A program made the position numbers and the translations under genes. Of a stretch of 64,000 nucleotides of DNA, positions 25,216 to 39,340 are shown in pieces. The notes under the pieces were generated by a model, which was not told where the DNA came from, did no database searches, and saw nothing but the letters and a program-made list of their open reading frames with translations. Position 1 is the stretch's first letter. Each line of letters begins with the position of its first letter. The stretch is from Octopus sinensis (lineage: Eukaryota), in contig NW_021825323.1 in assembly GCF_006345805.1 (NCBI RefSeq), forward strand, positions 806,001 through 870,000, in the 5' to 3' direction.

Positions 25216-26280
25216 AATAAATTTTGATATTTTACCTTTTACCTATAAAATATGAAGTATTTTGACTTTTAATTATTTTTTTGAAAAATTAAAAAGATTC
25301 TGATTTAGAAAATAATTTTAAATCCTTAAAATATTGATAATTGACAAAGAAAAAAACCACTTTTTTTAATTTTTAGCGTTATTGAAGGGTCAAAAAGTGT
25401 TGGCACTTTTATATCTACAGTTTTAGTTAAGGTCCATATGATAAGAGAATGTCATTCTGTCAGATTATTTCTTTTAAGTTTGCTTCACAAAAGCTTTGTT
25501 ATCACTTAATAACGCATTATCAATATTGTATGTCTACCATAGAAAAAAACAAAAAATAATCATTTTAATTATCAAATATACAATAATAAATAACATACTT
25601 TAAACCTTTTAATACCAATCAAATCGACTTGAAATCTTTTATTAGTAAATTAGGGACAATATTGCTCGAATCATCAACTGTTTCAGTGGCAGATCAAACT
25701 TGCATATATTACACTCAAGTACGACTTGATTAATTTTTTGCATAATTACGAAAAATTTTCTTCTGCAAAGTGCATCCAGATGATTTCATTATTCTCACAA
25801 TTATTTTTAGGAGATTTTTTGACAATAATTTTCATTTCTTTTCTGTTTGTTAGAGTTATAACAAGCTTGTGGAGTCGATTATTATTTCTTAAATATAGCG
25901 TTCCGCCAATAAAATAAAATTTTTACCTTTCTTTTTTATTCGGAACTTTCTAACTTTCGAAATATCCGTGTCTTGCCTTTCAAGAATGGATATTAGTAAG
26001 TTATCTTTAACAAGCATTCTGGTACGGCCCATTAGGCTAACGTAATTATTTTAACGTGGATTATTATTTATGATGGCAATCAGTGTTATGACACTTGTAA
26101 TGATTACACTCTCGGCTTGTGACATAAAAAATGTTAAAATGATAATTCTAGTTTCCAACTATTATAAACATATCTCTAAAAGAATAATTAAATTTTATTA
26201 TTATATTTATTATTTTTGTTTTGAGTGATAGATATTTAAAAATATTAAAAAAACAAGACTTTGTGATTAGTTAATTCAAA

Positions 26281-29200
26281 ATGAAGAAACTAATATCAAA
26301 ATACTCATTAGTTGAAAAAATAATAAATCAATTCGAAGAAGCCAAAGAATGGCAAGACTTAGTCGTCGCAATAAATAAATTACATAAAGTTTAATTAACC
26401 CATTTTTTTAATTACACGATCAGTTACTTAAACAAGAAAAAGCTTCAAATATACAAAAAAGGCTTATCCTTGGACGCTGGCTTACAAATTGTTTTTCTGT
26501 TACACTACCGAGCGGGGTTCACCTTAAAGCATTGGAAATTGTACAATTGGTTTTTCGCGGAGATCAAGGTCCAGTTGAACTGCTGGATAATTTTTCTAAT
26601 TTTTGGTTTTTATTATAACTAACATATTTTCTAGTGTTGGCCTTTGCTGTCTATATAGTAAAGCTAGTTTTGCAGTTAAAATGCCAATTCTTGATATTTT
26701 TCGACCAATTATTGTTTTGATGGAAAAATTTCCCGAAATAAGAATAATTCATGAGCCTATTATTGTAGCTCTCATTACTGACCTCGATGAATACTCTCAA
26801 GAATATGAGCCGTATGACTATAGAATCATACTTTAGTACAATTCAAGTCATTGAGATGTGTCTTAATGCTGTTGGAAATAAATTTTTTTATTGTCAGCTG
26901 TGGAAAATAATCTACACTTTTTCATATACGAGGCTTGGATCATTGAGATTCATAATTGAACATTTTTCTTTGGATGAATTCAGGATCTTCATTGAGGAAT
27001 ATAATTCTCAATTTTTAGTGGTATTGTTATTATATTTCTTAGATTAGGAATTATTTTAGTCATTTAATACTTTTAGATCAAATCAATTATTTGCTGTCTT
27101 ACAACTCCAGATGTCAGTGTGAGGAGAATTTGTCTTGATTTCCTTATTATTGCGTTTCCGATTAACACTCTTTGTGAGGAACATCCAAAATCTGCGGAAA
27201 ACATATTCCATGTCGTCATGCTTAACCTTCTTTCTCGAGATTCTCAGCTTATACGTAGAGTTAGTAGATGGTTTGTTGAGCCAATCCAATTTGAGAATTT
27301 GTCATCGACCTCATTATGCTTAAATTATGTTATAAATTCCGTAATTAGTTTATTCAAATTGGTTTGAAGTGATCTTTATTTTAGGATTTTTATTCTTTAA
27401 CAAAAGGGTGTGAGGATCTCAAAGATATATGTCCTTTCCGTGTTTTGATAATTTTATGTGAAAAGTGTCCCCATTTCCGAACTGGGTCTACTGTCGATAT
27501 TATATTTCCTTATGCCTTGAACTATTTGTTTGAATCCTCTATGGAAACAAATACACATGGGTTTCATTATTTTTTAATCATTTTAGTAACCGTAAATCTG
27601 TTTTTTTGGTTCATGTTTCTAAGATGTTAAGACAATTTGGAGAGTTTGTAAATGTAAGTATTATATGGCGTTACTTTGCAACAAAGATAAATCAAAAAGA
27701 TTTTGAAACTCTCAAAATGCTAGAATTTATACTTCCGTTATTGAATCTTGTATTTGTATTTTTATTCATTTTAGGATGTTTATACAAAAAGAAATTTTTC
27801 TGCAGTACATTCTCTTTTTGAACTATTTGGATCACTTGTTTCTAATTTTTTGATTTTTATGGACCATTCCGATTTGATAGTGAGGCTGATTGTAGACATT
27901 CTCCATATGCTTGTCGATTTATTTGCGAATCGATCAGCTCATAATATATTTTTACTGCTTAGAAAAGCATCGATTCAGTTTAGAATTGGTAATTTTCCGA
28001 AAAAAATTAACTCGAATTTTAAGTCTGTTATTGAAGACGGGAATTTTGATTATATAAAATTATTTATTGCTGAGTATATCTCTCCGCCTATCAAGTATCA
28101 CCAAACTATATTATTTAATGATGACACTTTCATTTCATGCAAAACAAAAAACACTTGGACTTATTATACAAATCTTATTGACTACATTGCATATTTGTGG
28201 ATAATATATGAGAATGTAATAAGAGATTATTCTAACAAAAATAATTGCGCCATTGACCAATTTTTGAATTCATTCACTATTTTGATGTTAACTGATATTC
28301 CTTTTGATATCGTTGTTCTTACTTTTGGTCCGAAAAGAGTTGCTCTCTCTGTTATTCAACTTATTTCTACCTCTGTTAATTTTCCCAACACATTAACTCT
28401 TCCGACAGTTCTGGATTTTATCAGCACCTTAAAAACTACACATTTCTTTAAAGGATCCTGCCCTTTTATTCAATCACTAATAGTTGTTGAAATATCAAAA
28501 AACGAGTCTTTTAAAGTTATAATTTAAGGATAATTTGCCTAGGATTTAGTCGATCTTTTTTGGAACAGATTAGAAACCGATTCATTGTTATTCATTCGTC
28601 TGGCGTTATCTTCTATTGCTACAAGTTTGGTCATAAAGTTTATTTTGACTAAAATTAGTGGAGACAAAAAAGTATTATTTTGTGCTTTCTTAATTACAGG
28701 ATAAAAAAGAAGCCATCAGTGGATTTATTAGACTTACTATGCTCATATTCGAGAGGCATCTTCAATCTGATCACCGTTATCGATTTACTGTTGCATTTGA
28801 ACGGTTTTTTCTAGATTTTGGATAACATGCTCTTTAGTGTTTTTATGGTTCTCATTGATGAAATTGGAAATAACTCCGATTGCGAAATAAATACAATTTT
28901 AATCGGATTTGCTAATAATTGTGTACGACAAGGATATATTGAATTAATCGGATCAGTTGTTACGCCCCTTTTTTTTGTCGACACCGAACGGTTTCTTTTT
29001 TCCATATTTTGAATAGCTATGTTGAAAAAGAAATAAACTTGACTACTTTTAAATTTTCGGATCATTCTGTCGAATGCACTGAAGAAAATTGTCAATCAAA
29101 TGTAAAAGTGGAAATGTCATTTTATAGAAAAAAGGACGGGATGATGTTATAAATAATATTGTTGAAAGAATCATTTCGGACACCCTTGACAAGATATTTA

Positions 29201-32200
29201 GCACGGAGGCATACTATATTCCTATTATTGAGGACGATGAACCTTCCGATATTCTTCCTTTCAGTTTTTTTACATCTCCCAAGCTGTATAAAATTCGGTA
29301 AGTACTATTTAAACCATATTTGTGTTAGATATGATACTACGAGAATATTATTGACATTACGAAGAATCCGCATTTGTCTGGAATGTCTTAAAATTGATTC
29401 AATTTTTTCTCTTTTTAAATCTCCTTTTGAGGCATCACTTCTATTTGATGGCCAAGAAGTCCTTTTTGTGAAATTAGGTCTATCTGACCTCGGGTTTTTC
29501 CGAATAGTCATTTTGTAGATCTTTGACGTTCGTTGAAGGAATCATAGAAGTACTTTTGGCCTACATCAACACTAATCATTTGCCGGGAGATTTTTGTGCA
29601 TTAAAAGAGAACCAGGAGGTCCAACTATCAGCGATGATATCTTTAAAAATGATTTCTGTATTACTTAAAAATATACTCGCATCCAATATGGCACCCTTGA
29701 ATTTTATTTTTTCTGTAACTAGAAGAATCTTTTTAACATTACTGGTATTTTTACGCTTTGATATTTTAAAAGGTCGATACTATTATTTCGGAGCATATTT
29801 TAAACCAAAAAAGAGTTGAAAGTGGTTCTCCGCTGGATTATATTCAGCGACGTCCTCAATTAGAACTTTATGAGTCTCTTATCGATTTGAAAAAGGTCTT
29901 GGCTTCTCGTTATTTACCAAATTTTGTTGTATTGAGTCAACAGCAGTCTTTAGACTTTGTGGAACATTTTGAATCACTTTCATATGTTGTATTCGATTTT
30001 TTAATCACAATTTTATAGGAAAATACAAAGCTTTTTGATTCGTGGATGGAATTTTTGAGTTTTCTGAGCTCATTAAACTCCCATGTGAATAGCACTATAA
30101 GTGCACGTATCATTGTTGTAATCTGCACTCAAATCCAATCTATCTGTAAACAAACTACAGTTAAAAACGAATTGTTCGTATTTCTCATGGCTAAGTTTTA
30201 GTACCAGTGCTAGTGACTCTTCTTCACTAAGGAACTTGCTTGGTTTTTTACAAATTTTTTGTCGTCAAACGCTTTACCTCAGTGATTCGAGCTGTCAATG
30301 CCCCGAGCCTATTCGCCAGGTCAGTCCCCACTGGAACAGGTTAATGACTTTAATGAATCCTGCGAAATGGATTTACAAGGTATTATCGTCTTTTCGTGTA
30401 TTTTTCAGTCAAAAAAGGCAAATTATGAGTTAGACTGTTGTCCCCACGTGGTTTCTAAAATGAAGGCAATTGAAGAATTAGAACTAATAGTGAGGGCATG
30501 CGCCTCAGTCATTTTTCTAAAAGTTTATTGTCAGGATGATTTATTACCGAAAAACGAAGTTTTTTATGATCAAGTCGACATTCTGACTACAGACATGTTT
30601 TATAATGTTTATATTTTTATCGAAAGAATTAATTTCATAGATAAAGGAAGCCGCCAAGTTGATTTTTACAGACGTTTTTTATTGTGTTGGCGTGAGGTTA
30701 TTGCTTCAACTATAATGTTATGGAAAAACTTTTCACAAGTTCTTGAAGTTTATTTTTTTCCTAAGTTTATTTTCAGAATCAATGCGAAGAAATACTTCAA
30801 CTTTATTCATTTGCCGTTTCTCCGCCTTCTCTTCTTAAAGTGAGTGTTGTTGTTCGTTCCATCACATTTTTTATAAAGGAAGATGTTTTGCCAACAGGGA
30901 ATTGCGTATTCATTTCAAATTTATCATTTAGATTGGGCTTAGTACTGAAACTTTGATTATTTGCATTGATTTTTTGAAAAATATTTTAACAGTGATTGAT
31001 GATACCGCTCTGATTGATGCTGCAAATGAATTTTTTGATTTTTTCAAGATTTTTTCAGACTTGAATTCTAAATCATCAGCGGATTTTTCGGGAAATAATA
31101 TACTGATCTTTGATCTGCATTCTTTTTTTACAGACTTTGTTAGTAGAACTTTAGTGACAAGTACGGCAAACTGTGTAATGGATAAAAGACTGATCTCACG
31201 TATTCAAGACTTTTATCAGAAATCTCTTTTTAAAATTCTTGTCAATATTTTCATTACAAAGACACTTAAGATTAGTAACTATGTTTTCAAAACTCACGCT
31301 CTTTTAAAACCCGAGGAGTTCTCTGACATAGGTAATGTTTTTTTTAATTATAAAAATTGTTTTCATTAAAAATAATATTTTCTAGAAAGCTGTGAATGTG
31401 CAATATCAATTTGTCACAGAGTCCTACTTTTGATGTGCAGAGAATTAATTCCTATTCTCGATTGTCTATTTATCGCGAGAAATGCCGACAGAGCAGTCCA
31501 GATAATATCTGAACTTCTTAATTATACGGTCCTTTTCATATACTCTCCTCCGTATTTCTTTTATAAAATACCTGATTTACAGAGAATACGAGTTATGTAA
31601 AGTTGTCGCTTCTAATCTTCTCTCTTTGCTGTGTAATTATCAGACATTAAGAAGGGGCTGGAAAAAACCCGTCGTCACAATTTTTATGGAAAGTAATTTT
31701 ACGACGTTGGGAGAACCCGCGTTATCACATTTTTTATCAATTGTCGACAATCTGGCAGTTAATGATCCAGAAATTATCAAAGATCTCATTGGTACTTTGT
31801 TTGCTTCTAATTAGATCGGACATTACCTTGGGGCTTACAAAATCCAGTAAATTTGTTTGTAAATCGCGAAATTGATGCAAAAGGTGCGAGTTTTGCTGTT
31901 CAAATGCTTTGGAGACTTTCTTTTCTAATCTTTGCAGGGGAAAATGATCAATTTTCGAGTTTTATTCCAGAATTGCAAAGTTTGTTTATTGATTATTATT
32001 TTTAAACAGAGAGATTATGTGAAATATTCGCGCTTACATCGGAACCGATAAACACTGTCAAATCGTCTGCCTTTCTCTTAATTCGAACACTTATGTTTAG
32101 AATGTCAGTCCAATATCTTTCCTCCGTCTGGAATCTGGCAATTTTTGAAATGGTTCGAAATATCATTTTTTATTTTCAGAAAAGAATAATTTTTTCATTC

Positions 32201-32619
32201 AAAATTGAGGATAATTCTACTAATTGCATTCCGGATGATGAACTTGGACTTTTATTAAGTGTTTGTAAACTTCTCGATGTAATATTATTACTTCCGGAGA
32301 CCCATCGTCCGGCTTTTCAGTTTTATCTTTTTTATATAATTTTAGATTTCGATTCATGTTCTATGATGGTGCGTGCGAATTTAATTTTTTGAATAATATT
32401 CCTTTGGATGAAGATAGAGATAACTTCAGTTTACGTCCATTGCTGAAACTTAACAAGATTGATAATATCTACGACATTTCTGAATTTTTTAATGTTCTCA
32501 GAGGTTGTTTGCCATGCAAAGGAGATTATTATTGGATGTTTCCTTCTAATCCTACTGACTATCCTTTTCAAGATTTTTTAACAATATTGCGGGACGATAT
32601 ATTAGAATTTAGATTTTAA
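26281..32619 (+). CDS. DOP1: DOP1/Dopey leucine-zipper trafficking protein (many short introns)
   Basis: Dopey_N-like EKIINQFEEAKEWQDLVVAINKLHK, LGRWLTNCFSVTLPSGVHLKALEI, SVGLCCLYSKASFAVK. C-terminal LLLSVCKLLDVILLLP..FQ. Confidence 0.85.
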
Positions 32620-32659
32620 CTTTTGTTTGTATTACTTACAGTTTAAAATTTTCTTTTTT

Positions 32660-34190
32660 AATATAAATTAATGAACTTGAAATTCAAGCATTTAATTTTT
32701 CCAAAAGATTCAAAATAACCGAAAAAGCATTGCATGCTAGCTATGCTGTGGGTGAGATGGCTGTCAAAAAGATGGAATCACACATTCTTTCAAAAACTAT
32801 TATTTTTTTGAATTCAAAAAAGTAGATATAGTTTCGAGAAATTGCTGCCGTTGAGCTCAATTTAATTCCTATTTCAAATACTTCTGAGCAGACGGATCAA
32901 GGATATGTCTAGTGACATCGAAACCAGTTTTATTTGACGAATAAAAAAATCTGAATTTTTTGCACTTTAAATAGATGAAAGATCAGATATTAAAGGAAGA
33001 ATGCAACTTCTTGATTTCGTTCGCTATATGGAAGATGAATCCATTGTTGAAGATTTTCTTTGTTGCAAAGAGTTGCTTGAAACAACCAAGGGATATGATA
33101 TTTTTAATCTTATAAATTCATATTTCGAGCATATAAAATTGAATTGGAATCAATGTGTTGGTATCTGCACTGATGGCGCATTCAGCAATGACGGGAGATG
33201 TTAAAGGTTTTGTTTCTGTTTCGAAAAATAAGAATCCGGACTTAATTCACACACATTGTTTTTTTCATCGTGGGCATTGGTTACAAACACTATTGAGAAA
33301 GAACTTAAATATGCTTTGGACATGGTAGTAAAAATTATCAATATCAAAATAAGGCCGTTGAAAGTACGACAGTTGTCGAAACATTGTGAACATACAGAAA
33401 TTTAGTTTTTATTTTTCACATTGAAGTAAGATTTCTTTCGAAGGGGAACATGTTAATTCGTTTCTATGAACCAAAGCACAAATTGTTGGCTTTTGTATAC
33501 AAGACAAGTTGAATAACTTTATTGAATGCCTTAATGATAAATATTGATGTCGCAAGATAGCATACCTTGCCGATATTTTTAATGAACTCAATGTTCTTAA
33601 TAGCGGCATGCAAGAAATAAATGAAGATCTCTTGAGTTGTATGGACAGAATACCTGGTTTTATGAAAAAAAATATGGAAAAAACATATCATGAATGGAAA
33701 CTTGGAAATGTTTCCTCATGTACAAGAAAGGAAATGTATTACACTAATTATTGATCATTTGGAGTCATTATTTATAAGTTCGAAGAATTATTTTCCATCC
33801 ATATTTGAACTCTATGATTGGGCGAGGAATCCATTTTTCGAGTACGAAATAACTGGAAACGAGCTATTATTAGAAGAGCAAGAAGAACTTGCATTTATTT
33901 TATGTGACAGAACATTACAAATGGAATATTTAAAGCGTAATATTGATTCGTTCGGGCTGATTGTCAAAAAAGAATATCCTATCATAGCAAAAAAGCTTTA
34001 AGAGTTTTGGTTCAGTTTTCAACGACTTGTCTCTGTGAAAGTAGATTTTCTGCTTTAACAAATATAAAGCATAAAAACGCGCCAATTTACTACATATAGA
34101 ACAAGCCCTGCCTTTATCCCTGTCAAGTATAAGGCCAAATATTATCGAGTTATGTAAGAGACATCAGCCTTAGCCATCTCACTGATTTGC
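32660..34190 (+). mobile_element. hAT (Buster/Charlie, ZBED5/FAM200-like) transposase pseudogene
   Basis: KALHASYAV, IDE..DI...QLLDFVRY, EDFLCCKEL, GICTDGA, HTHCFFH, AYLADIFNELNVLN and a terminal PSH*; multiple stops and frameshifts. Confidence 0.9.
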
Positions 34191-34279
34191 GTATTGATAA
34201 AATACTGATAGTTGTTAAAAACTATATATAGGTTTTGTAAGCCAAATAAAATGTCGTTAGGTTGCCGCACTATCTAAAT

Positions 34280-34995
34280 CAGGGGTGTCAAAGATACGGC
34301 CGAGGTTAGAGGCCCTGTCTCGAAAGCGATTGGTACGAATATAAAACGCCGTCCAAGTTCTTGGTATTTTTTAATTTTGGCCGTCTCAGCCTTTTCCGCA
34401 GCGACCCTGGGGAAGTGGCAGATGACATGATTGCCGATGGAGAGAAAGAGTCGATGCACGTAGCATCCCAGACGGGGCACTTGCCTTCCCGAAAAGGAAA
34501 GATTGTCATTCCGTCTGGGCGTTTGCCGTCACCACGGTCCAGTCCGACAGGCTCAAGTTGTGACGGAAATCCTGCAGCCTTGAGGGCTCTAAACACGACG
34601 TCATTTAGCGAGGCGTGGCGGGGACTTCCACCGGCACTCCTGCGACACGAAAGAGGGTGGTGATGCCTTTTATATTATTATAATTGTTTTTCTTGTTTTG
34701 TGCTGATGCCTTTTTCAGCAAAACGTAAAGTTGATACAGAATGCTGATGGTGATTTTATAAAAACATGTATTATGAAAGCTACTGAAATCATGTCCTATT
34801 AATCGGCCTGATTTCGCAAGCATTAGCCTTACAAGAAATAATGTGGCAAATAGGATTTCAGATCTTTCCACTGATTTGCACAATCAACTCAAGACGAAAA
34901 TTAGTTCATTCATTACCTTTTCCATTGCTATTGACGAGAGCACTGACATTATGGATGTGGTTCAGTTAGCTATATTCATTCGTGGTGTGGACTAG
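34280..34995 (+). mobile_element. Second hAT (SPIN/GTF2IRD2-like) remnant with left TIR, containing a CRE fragment
   Basis: TIR-like CAGGGGTGTCAAAGATACGGCC preceded by ATCTAAAT (Buster-type central TA target). Coding remnant DGDFIKTCIMKATEI..ISLTRNNVANRISDL..FSIAIDESTDIMDVVQLAIFIRGVD. Confidence 0.75.
34312..34663 (-). mobile_element. Internal RLE-domain fragment of a CRE retrotransposon
   Basis: HPLSCRRSAG..RHASLNDVVFRALKAAGFPSQLEPVGLDRGDGKRPDG..WDATCID..KIKKYQELGRRFIFVPIAFETG; both ends missing. Confidence 0.9.
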
Positions 34996-35470
34996 AATTT
35001 GGTCAATATTGCTTATTGCATTGTCAAAATTGAATGCTGCATTGTCAAAATTGATGCAAAAAGTGTCAAAATTGAACTTCAAATCTGTAGATCTGAGGTA
35101 AAAATCCGTAGAAATTTGTTTGATAGCAAAAGCTCTGAAACTTTATTTAGCACAATCAATCGATATTATTAAATATGCCGATATCACGTTAGGTAAGCTG
35201 ATATCACGTGATTTATATTATTATTATTATTTTAACCCAAGAATCACCAACAGTTAATTAGGGTAATTAATTAGGTGATTCCAACAATCCTCAAAATCTT
35301 TCTTAGCTTTTCCCGATGTTGGACTCTGGACCCAACGCAAGTGCGTGCTTTATAAGGAATCATAATTGTATTTTTTGATTTATTGAGGTATAATTGAGCT
35401 ATTAAGCTAATATATATTTTAATAAAAAATTTTATATTAAAAAAAATTTAATAAATAACGTGCACAAAGA

Positions 35471-36900
35471 ATGTTGTCACAAGGATTTAAAAACTCAAGG
35501 ATTTTTCAATTTATCCGGAAATTTACAACCGATAAATTAGAGGGTCCTCGTGTTGTCGTGACTGGCTTGGGACTTGTTACTTGCTTGGGTGTAGGAGTCG
35601 AGAAAAGTTGGTCTCGATTATTGGATGGCCAGTGTGGAATTAAAAAACTTGATGAATGTTATTTTTATTATTAATACAAATTTTTACAGCATATAATCAA
35701 GTACCTGTGAGAATCGCTGGAACAGTTGATATGAACCATCAAGATTTTATCAGCTGGAAACGTTCGAAAACCTCAAATTCTGCAAAAACTCGTGGAATTG
35801 CATTTGCCTTGGAAGCCTCAAGGGAAGCAGTTGCCGACTCGGGATTGTTATTCGCTACTGAAGAAGAACAAATACGAGCAGGAGTATTTTTAGATTTGGG
35901 TTAATTTTAAGGTATCTATAGGAACTGGAATCGCTGGGCTCGAAGAACTTTTAAAGGGGGATCAAATGCTAAAAGAACACGGAATGTCCAAAATAAATCC
36001 ATTTTTTATAACGAGAATTCTCAATAACACTGCAGCAGGTCACGTAAGTATAAATCATAATTTAAAGGTTTCTAATTTTTTCTATTTAAATAGGGCCCCA
36101 ACCTTGCATTATCCACTGCCTGTTCAACTGGTACTCATTCGGTGGGTGAGGCTTTTCTTTCTATAAAAATGGGGGACGCTGATGTAATGGTATGTGGAGG
36201 AACGGAGTCCTCTATATCTCCTCTCACTGTTGGAGGGTTTTCAAGGGCAAAAGCACTTTGTACTGATTCGAACGATTCACCTGAGACCTCATCTCGTCCT
36301 TTTGATTCTTCTCGAAGTGGATTTGTTATGTCGGAAGGTTGTGGAATACTTGTTTTGGAACGATATGATCTCGCAATTAAAAGAGGAGCCAAGATATATG
36401 GTGAAATAATGGGATATGGAATGTCTGGTGATGGATATCACATTACTGCTCCTCTTCCTAATGGTGATGGGGGTTATCGGTGCATGAAACAAGCTTTGGA
36501 AACCGCTGGGATTACCCCTGATTATATCGGATTTGTCAATCCGCATGCTACCTCAACTCCATTGGGAGATAGAGCTGAGAATGCGGCGATTAGGCGACTT
36601 TTTGGAGATCATGCAGTTAATTTGCAGGTTGGAGCTAATAAGGGATCAATTGGACACTCTTTGGGAGGTGCAGGAGCAATTGAGTTGGCCTTCTCAATTA
36701 AATCAGCTGAGACTGGTTTGATTCCTCCGTCAATTAATTTAAACAATATGAATCCAATTGACGAATTTGTTCTCAATTACGTCCCAAACAAGATACAAAA
36801 ATGGAAATATAGGCATAATGGGACTGGAAAATTGTTTGGTATCAAAAATTCTTTTGGATTTGGTGGCTGCAATGTCTCCATTGTTTTTAGTAGTTTTTAG
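35471..36900 (+). CDS. OXSM: Mitochondrial 3-oxoacyl-ACP synthase (KAS II/FabF type)
   Basis: RVVVTGLGLVTCLG, catalytic TACSTG, GFVMSEGCG, NPHATSTPLGD, NKGSIGHSLG, KNSFGFGGCN. Confidence 0.95.
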
Positions 36901-37454
36901 TAGTTTAATGATTCTATTTATTTGTTCAGTTTTTCAATTCAATCAAAAATATTAATTTTATAGTGACCAAGACAGATTTTTAGATTGATATCGATATAAG
37001 ATCGTTTCTTTAAAAATGTAGATATGCATCGTTTTTTAATATTTCTGAAAAACTTTCTAGTATTAATATAGTTAAATCTAGTAAATAACTACACGAATTA
37101 ATTAAACATCATTATTCGATCGCACTCATGTCTACCTTAATATTTCATATTTTGCAAACTAACTGTCTCGAATTGAATGAAATATTTTTACAAACTAACA
37201 ATAAATTTTATTTTATTTACCATCAAGATCAGTAAAAAATCAAACAAGAAGAAAAGAATTTAGCTTTAGAACTATTTTGGATCAGACATAGTATGTCCGT
37301 TCTTTATTTACAATTTACCATGATATTACGCAACTGTGTTGAATACAAGCTACGCAAGTAAATAATTTTTAATTTTACTGGTTTTGCGATTACTAACGCT
37401 GAAAATAAGAATATTGAAGAAAAAAAACCAAAAGCCCACGAAAATGTTCCCTAA

Positions 37455-38310
37455 CGTATATTTATGGAAAATGTCGTCTGCCAATCTTTAAACAGTAGGA
37501 AATTTGGTATCCTGTGTGATTCTTGCTTTAACTACATCCATCTTGGCTCCATTTAAATGTGTCAGGCTTGTGACAGGGCCTTTCCAAACTGGCTTTGTGG
37601 TTGTTGCATAAACGTTGGAAAGAGTTTTAGAACTATTACTTCACCTATTCCTTATTTACCAATACCCACTTAGAAGAAATTTAATCGAAGCCCTAATGAG
37701 ATTTTGACATATTTTTCCAAATACTGCTGCTTGGGACATGTCCAAATTAGAATTCCGAAGTATGTAAGATTTTTAGCCGCCGATAAACTTGTTCACTTTT
37801 AGACTGGGAAAAATGTTTTGCCCATTTGCAAACTCTCACCTGATTTATTGATTAAAAATTCCATTGTCACTTATTGGAATTCGTCCATTGAATCTATATT
37901 TGGCAGTGAGCATTCACTACCTGCCGACACTTTTTCAACCTCTGAAGCCAACCTTAGAAAGATAGTCTATCGCATTGAGGATTCGGAGTACTGACGGCTG
38001 ATTTGCTGAGGTGAGTGAAAGTAATCTTAATTTGCTCCGCGATAAACATCCATCACGTCCTGTTCAATACGATCGATTTGTCAGCCTAAATACGCTTTTG
38101 TAAAGTCATAAAGGACGAGTTATTCCAGCTCAACTAGAACCCCTTGGGCTTATTTGTGAAAAAGGAAAACGCCCAAGTGGAGTTACGTTTTCCCTTTTCC
38201 TGAAGAGTGAATTTCTGCATGTACCGACACTTTCTCACAGTCGGTCTCTGACATAGGATCAGCAGGAAGGGTAACTAACACGAAATTTTATCACGTGCTC
38301 TAAGAAAAAA
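37455..38310 (+). mobile_element. Old CRE retrotransposon derivative: PHD and N-terminus joined to RLE, RT deleted
   Basis: PHD remnant 37464-37607, RIPKYVRFLAADKL (37749), DWEKCF, LLRDKHP. Continues directly into RFVSLNTLL..IPAQLEPLGL..GKRPSG and ACTDTFS. Confidence 0.8.
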
Positions 38311-38422
38311 GAAAGTCTCACGAAGCCTGCGCTACTGAACTTTCCGACAAATCAACTGGTCTCGTTATCCATTAAATCTGTCAAAAAAACAAGTAGCAAA
38401 CAAAAAATTAAGTCAATAAAAA

Positions 38423-39085
38423 TTATTTTCGTTTTTTCTTTGATAGTTCAGAAAGAAATTTGATCTTTGTTTTATTTTTACACAAGTTTCTCCACTTGTC
38501 TTTGAGACTGACGTTGAGTCTGCCTCCAAAATCGTATCTTTTGTTTATAGCAGACCAGTTTCCCACTCCAAATTCCTTTACCCCTTGGAATAAAGCAACT
38601 TCCTCATCGAGGGTCCAATACTTTCGGGATTTGCATTGCACATCCTCCTTGTTAACAATTTGATTGTCAGAGGGCTCCAGAAGGTTACTCTTTACCAAAT
38701 TTTTAAGGTTCTTACATTTTCGGACCAAACCGAAGTATCAGATTCATCATTAATTAAGCTATTGAGGACATTCGTTCTGTATATGGAGGTTGCTAAAAAA
38801 CTCAATTCATTCTGGCTTAGTTGACTAAGTTATCAAAATTTAATAACATCACCGGAATTTTAGACATCTTAGGAAAAGTGTATCGTCGTTAATTGGAAGA
38901 TTATTCTTTGATTATATCACAAAAATACCAAAAGTTCATATTTTTCGATAGAATTAGCGATTATATTGAAACTCTGAAATTATTAATCTTTTTAATACGC
39001 TGACGTTTTTGGCATCTGATTGTTGTAACTGACGAGCATGTCTTAATGTTTTGATTAGACATGCTTGATAAGGTTCAGTGTCCAT
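38423..39085 (-). CDS. Small telobox Myb protein (TRF1/TRF2-like telomere-repeat binding factor), about 184 aa
   Basis: C-terminal RKYWTLDEEVALFQGVKEFGVGNWSAI...RLNVSLKDKWRNL (telobox). Four inferred GT-AG introns (31, 23, 28, 26 nt) give an intact 555-nt frame. Confidence 0.85.
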
Positions 39086-39340
39086 ATCTATTGACTCAAC
39101 CAAATAGATTAGTAAATAAAAATTTTAAAAATATTTAATTTTCAAAAATAAAGCTTATCCTGGTTTAACATTTTTATATTTGAATTTTACAGATTTTCTG
39201 TTAGTTATCAAGAAAATTATTAAAAGAATAAATAACTCAAGTACAATTTTTTTAATTTATCTTGATGGATATTTTTTAAAAATTTAACGTAAATTGTATT
39301 GGTTATAAAACGATAGAACAAATCAAAAAAATGTTAGGTT

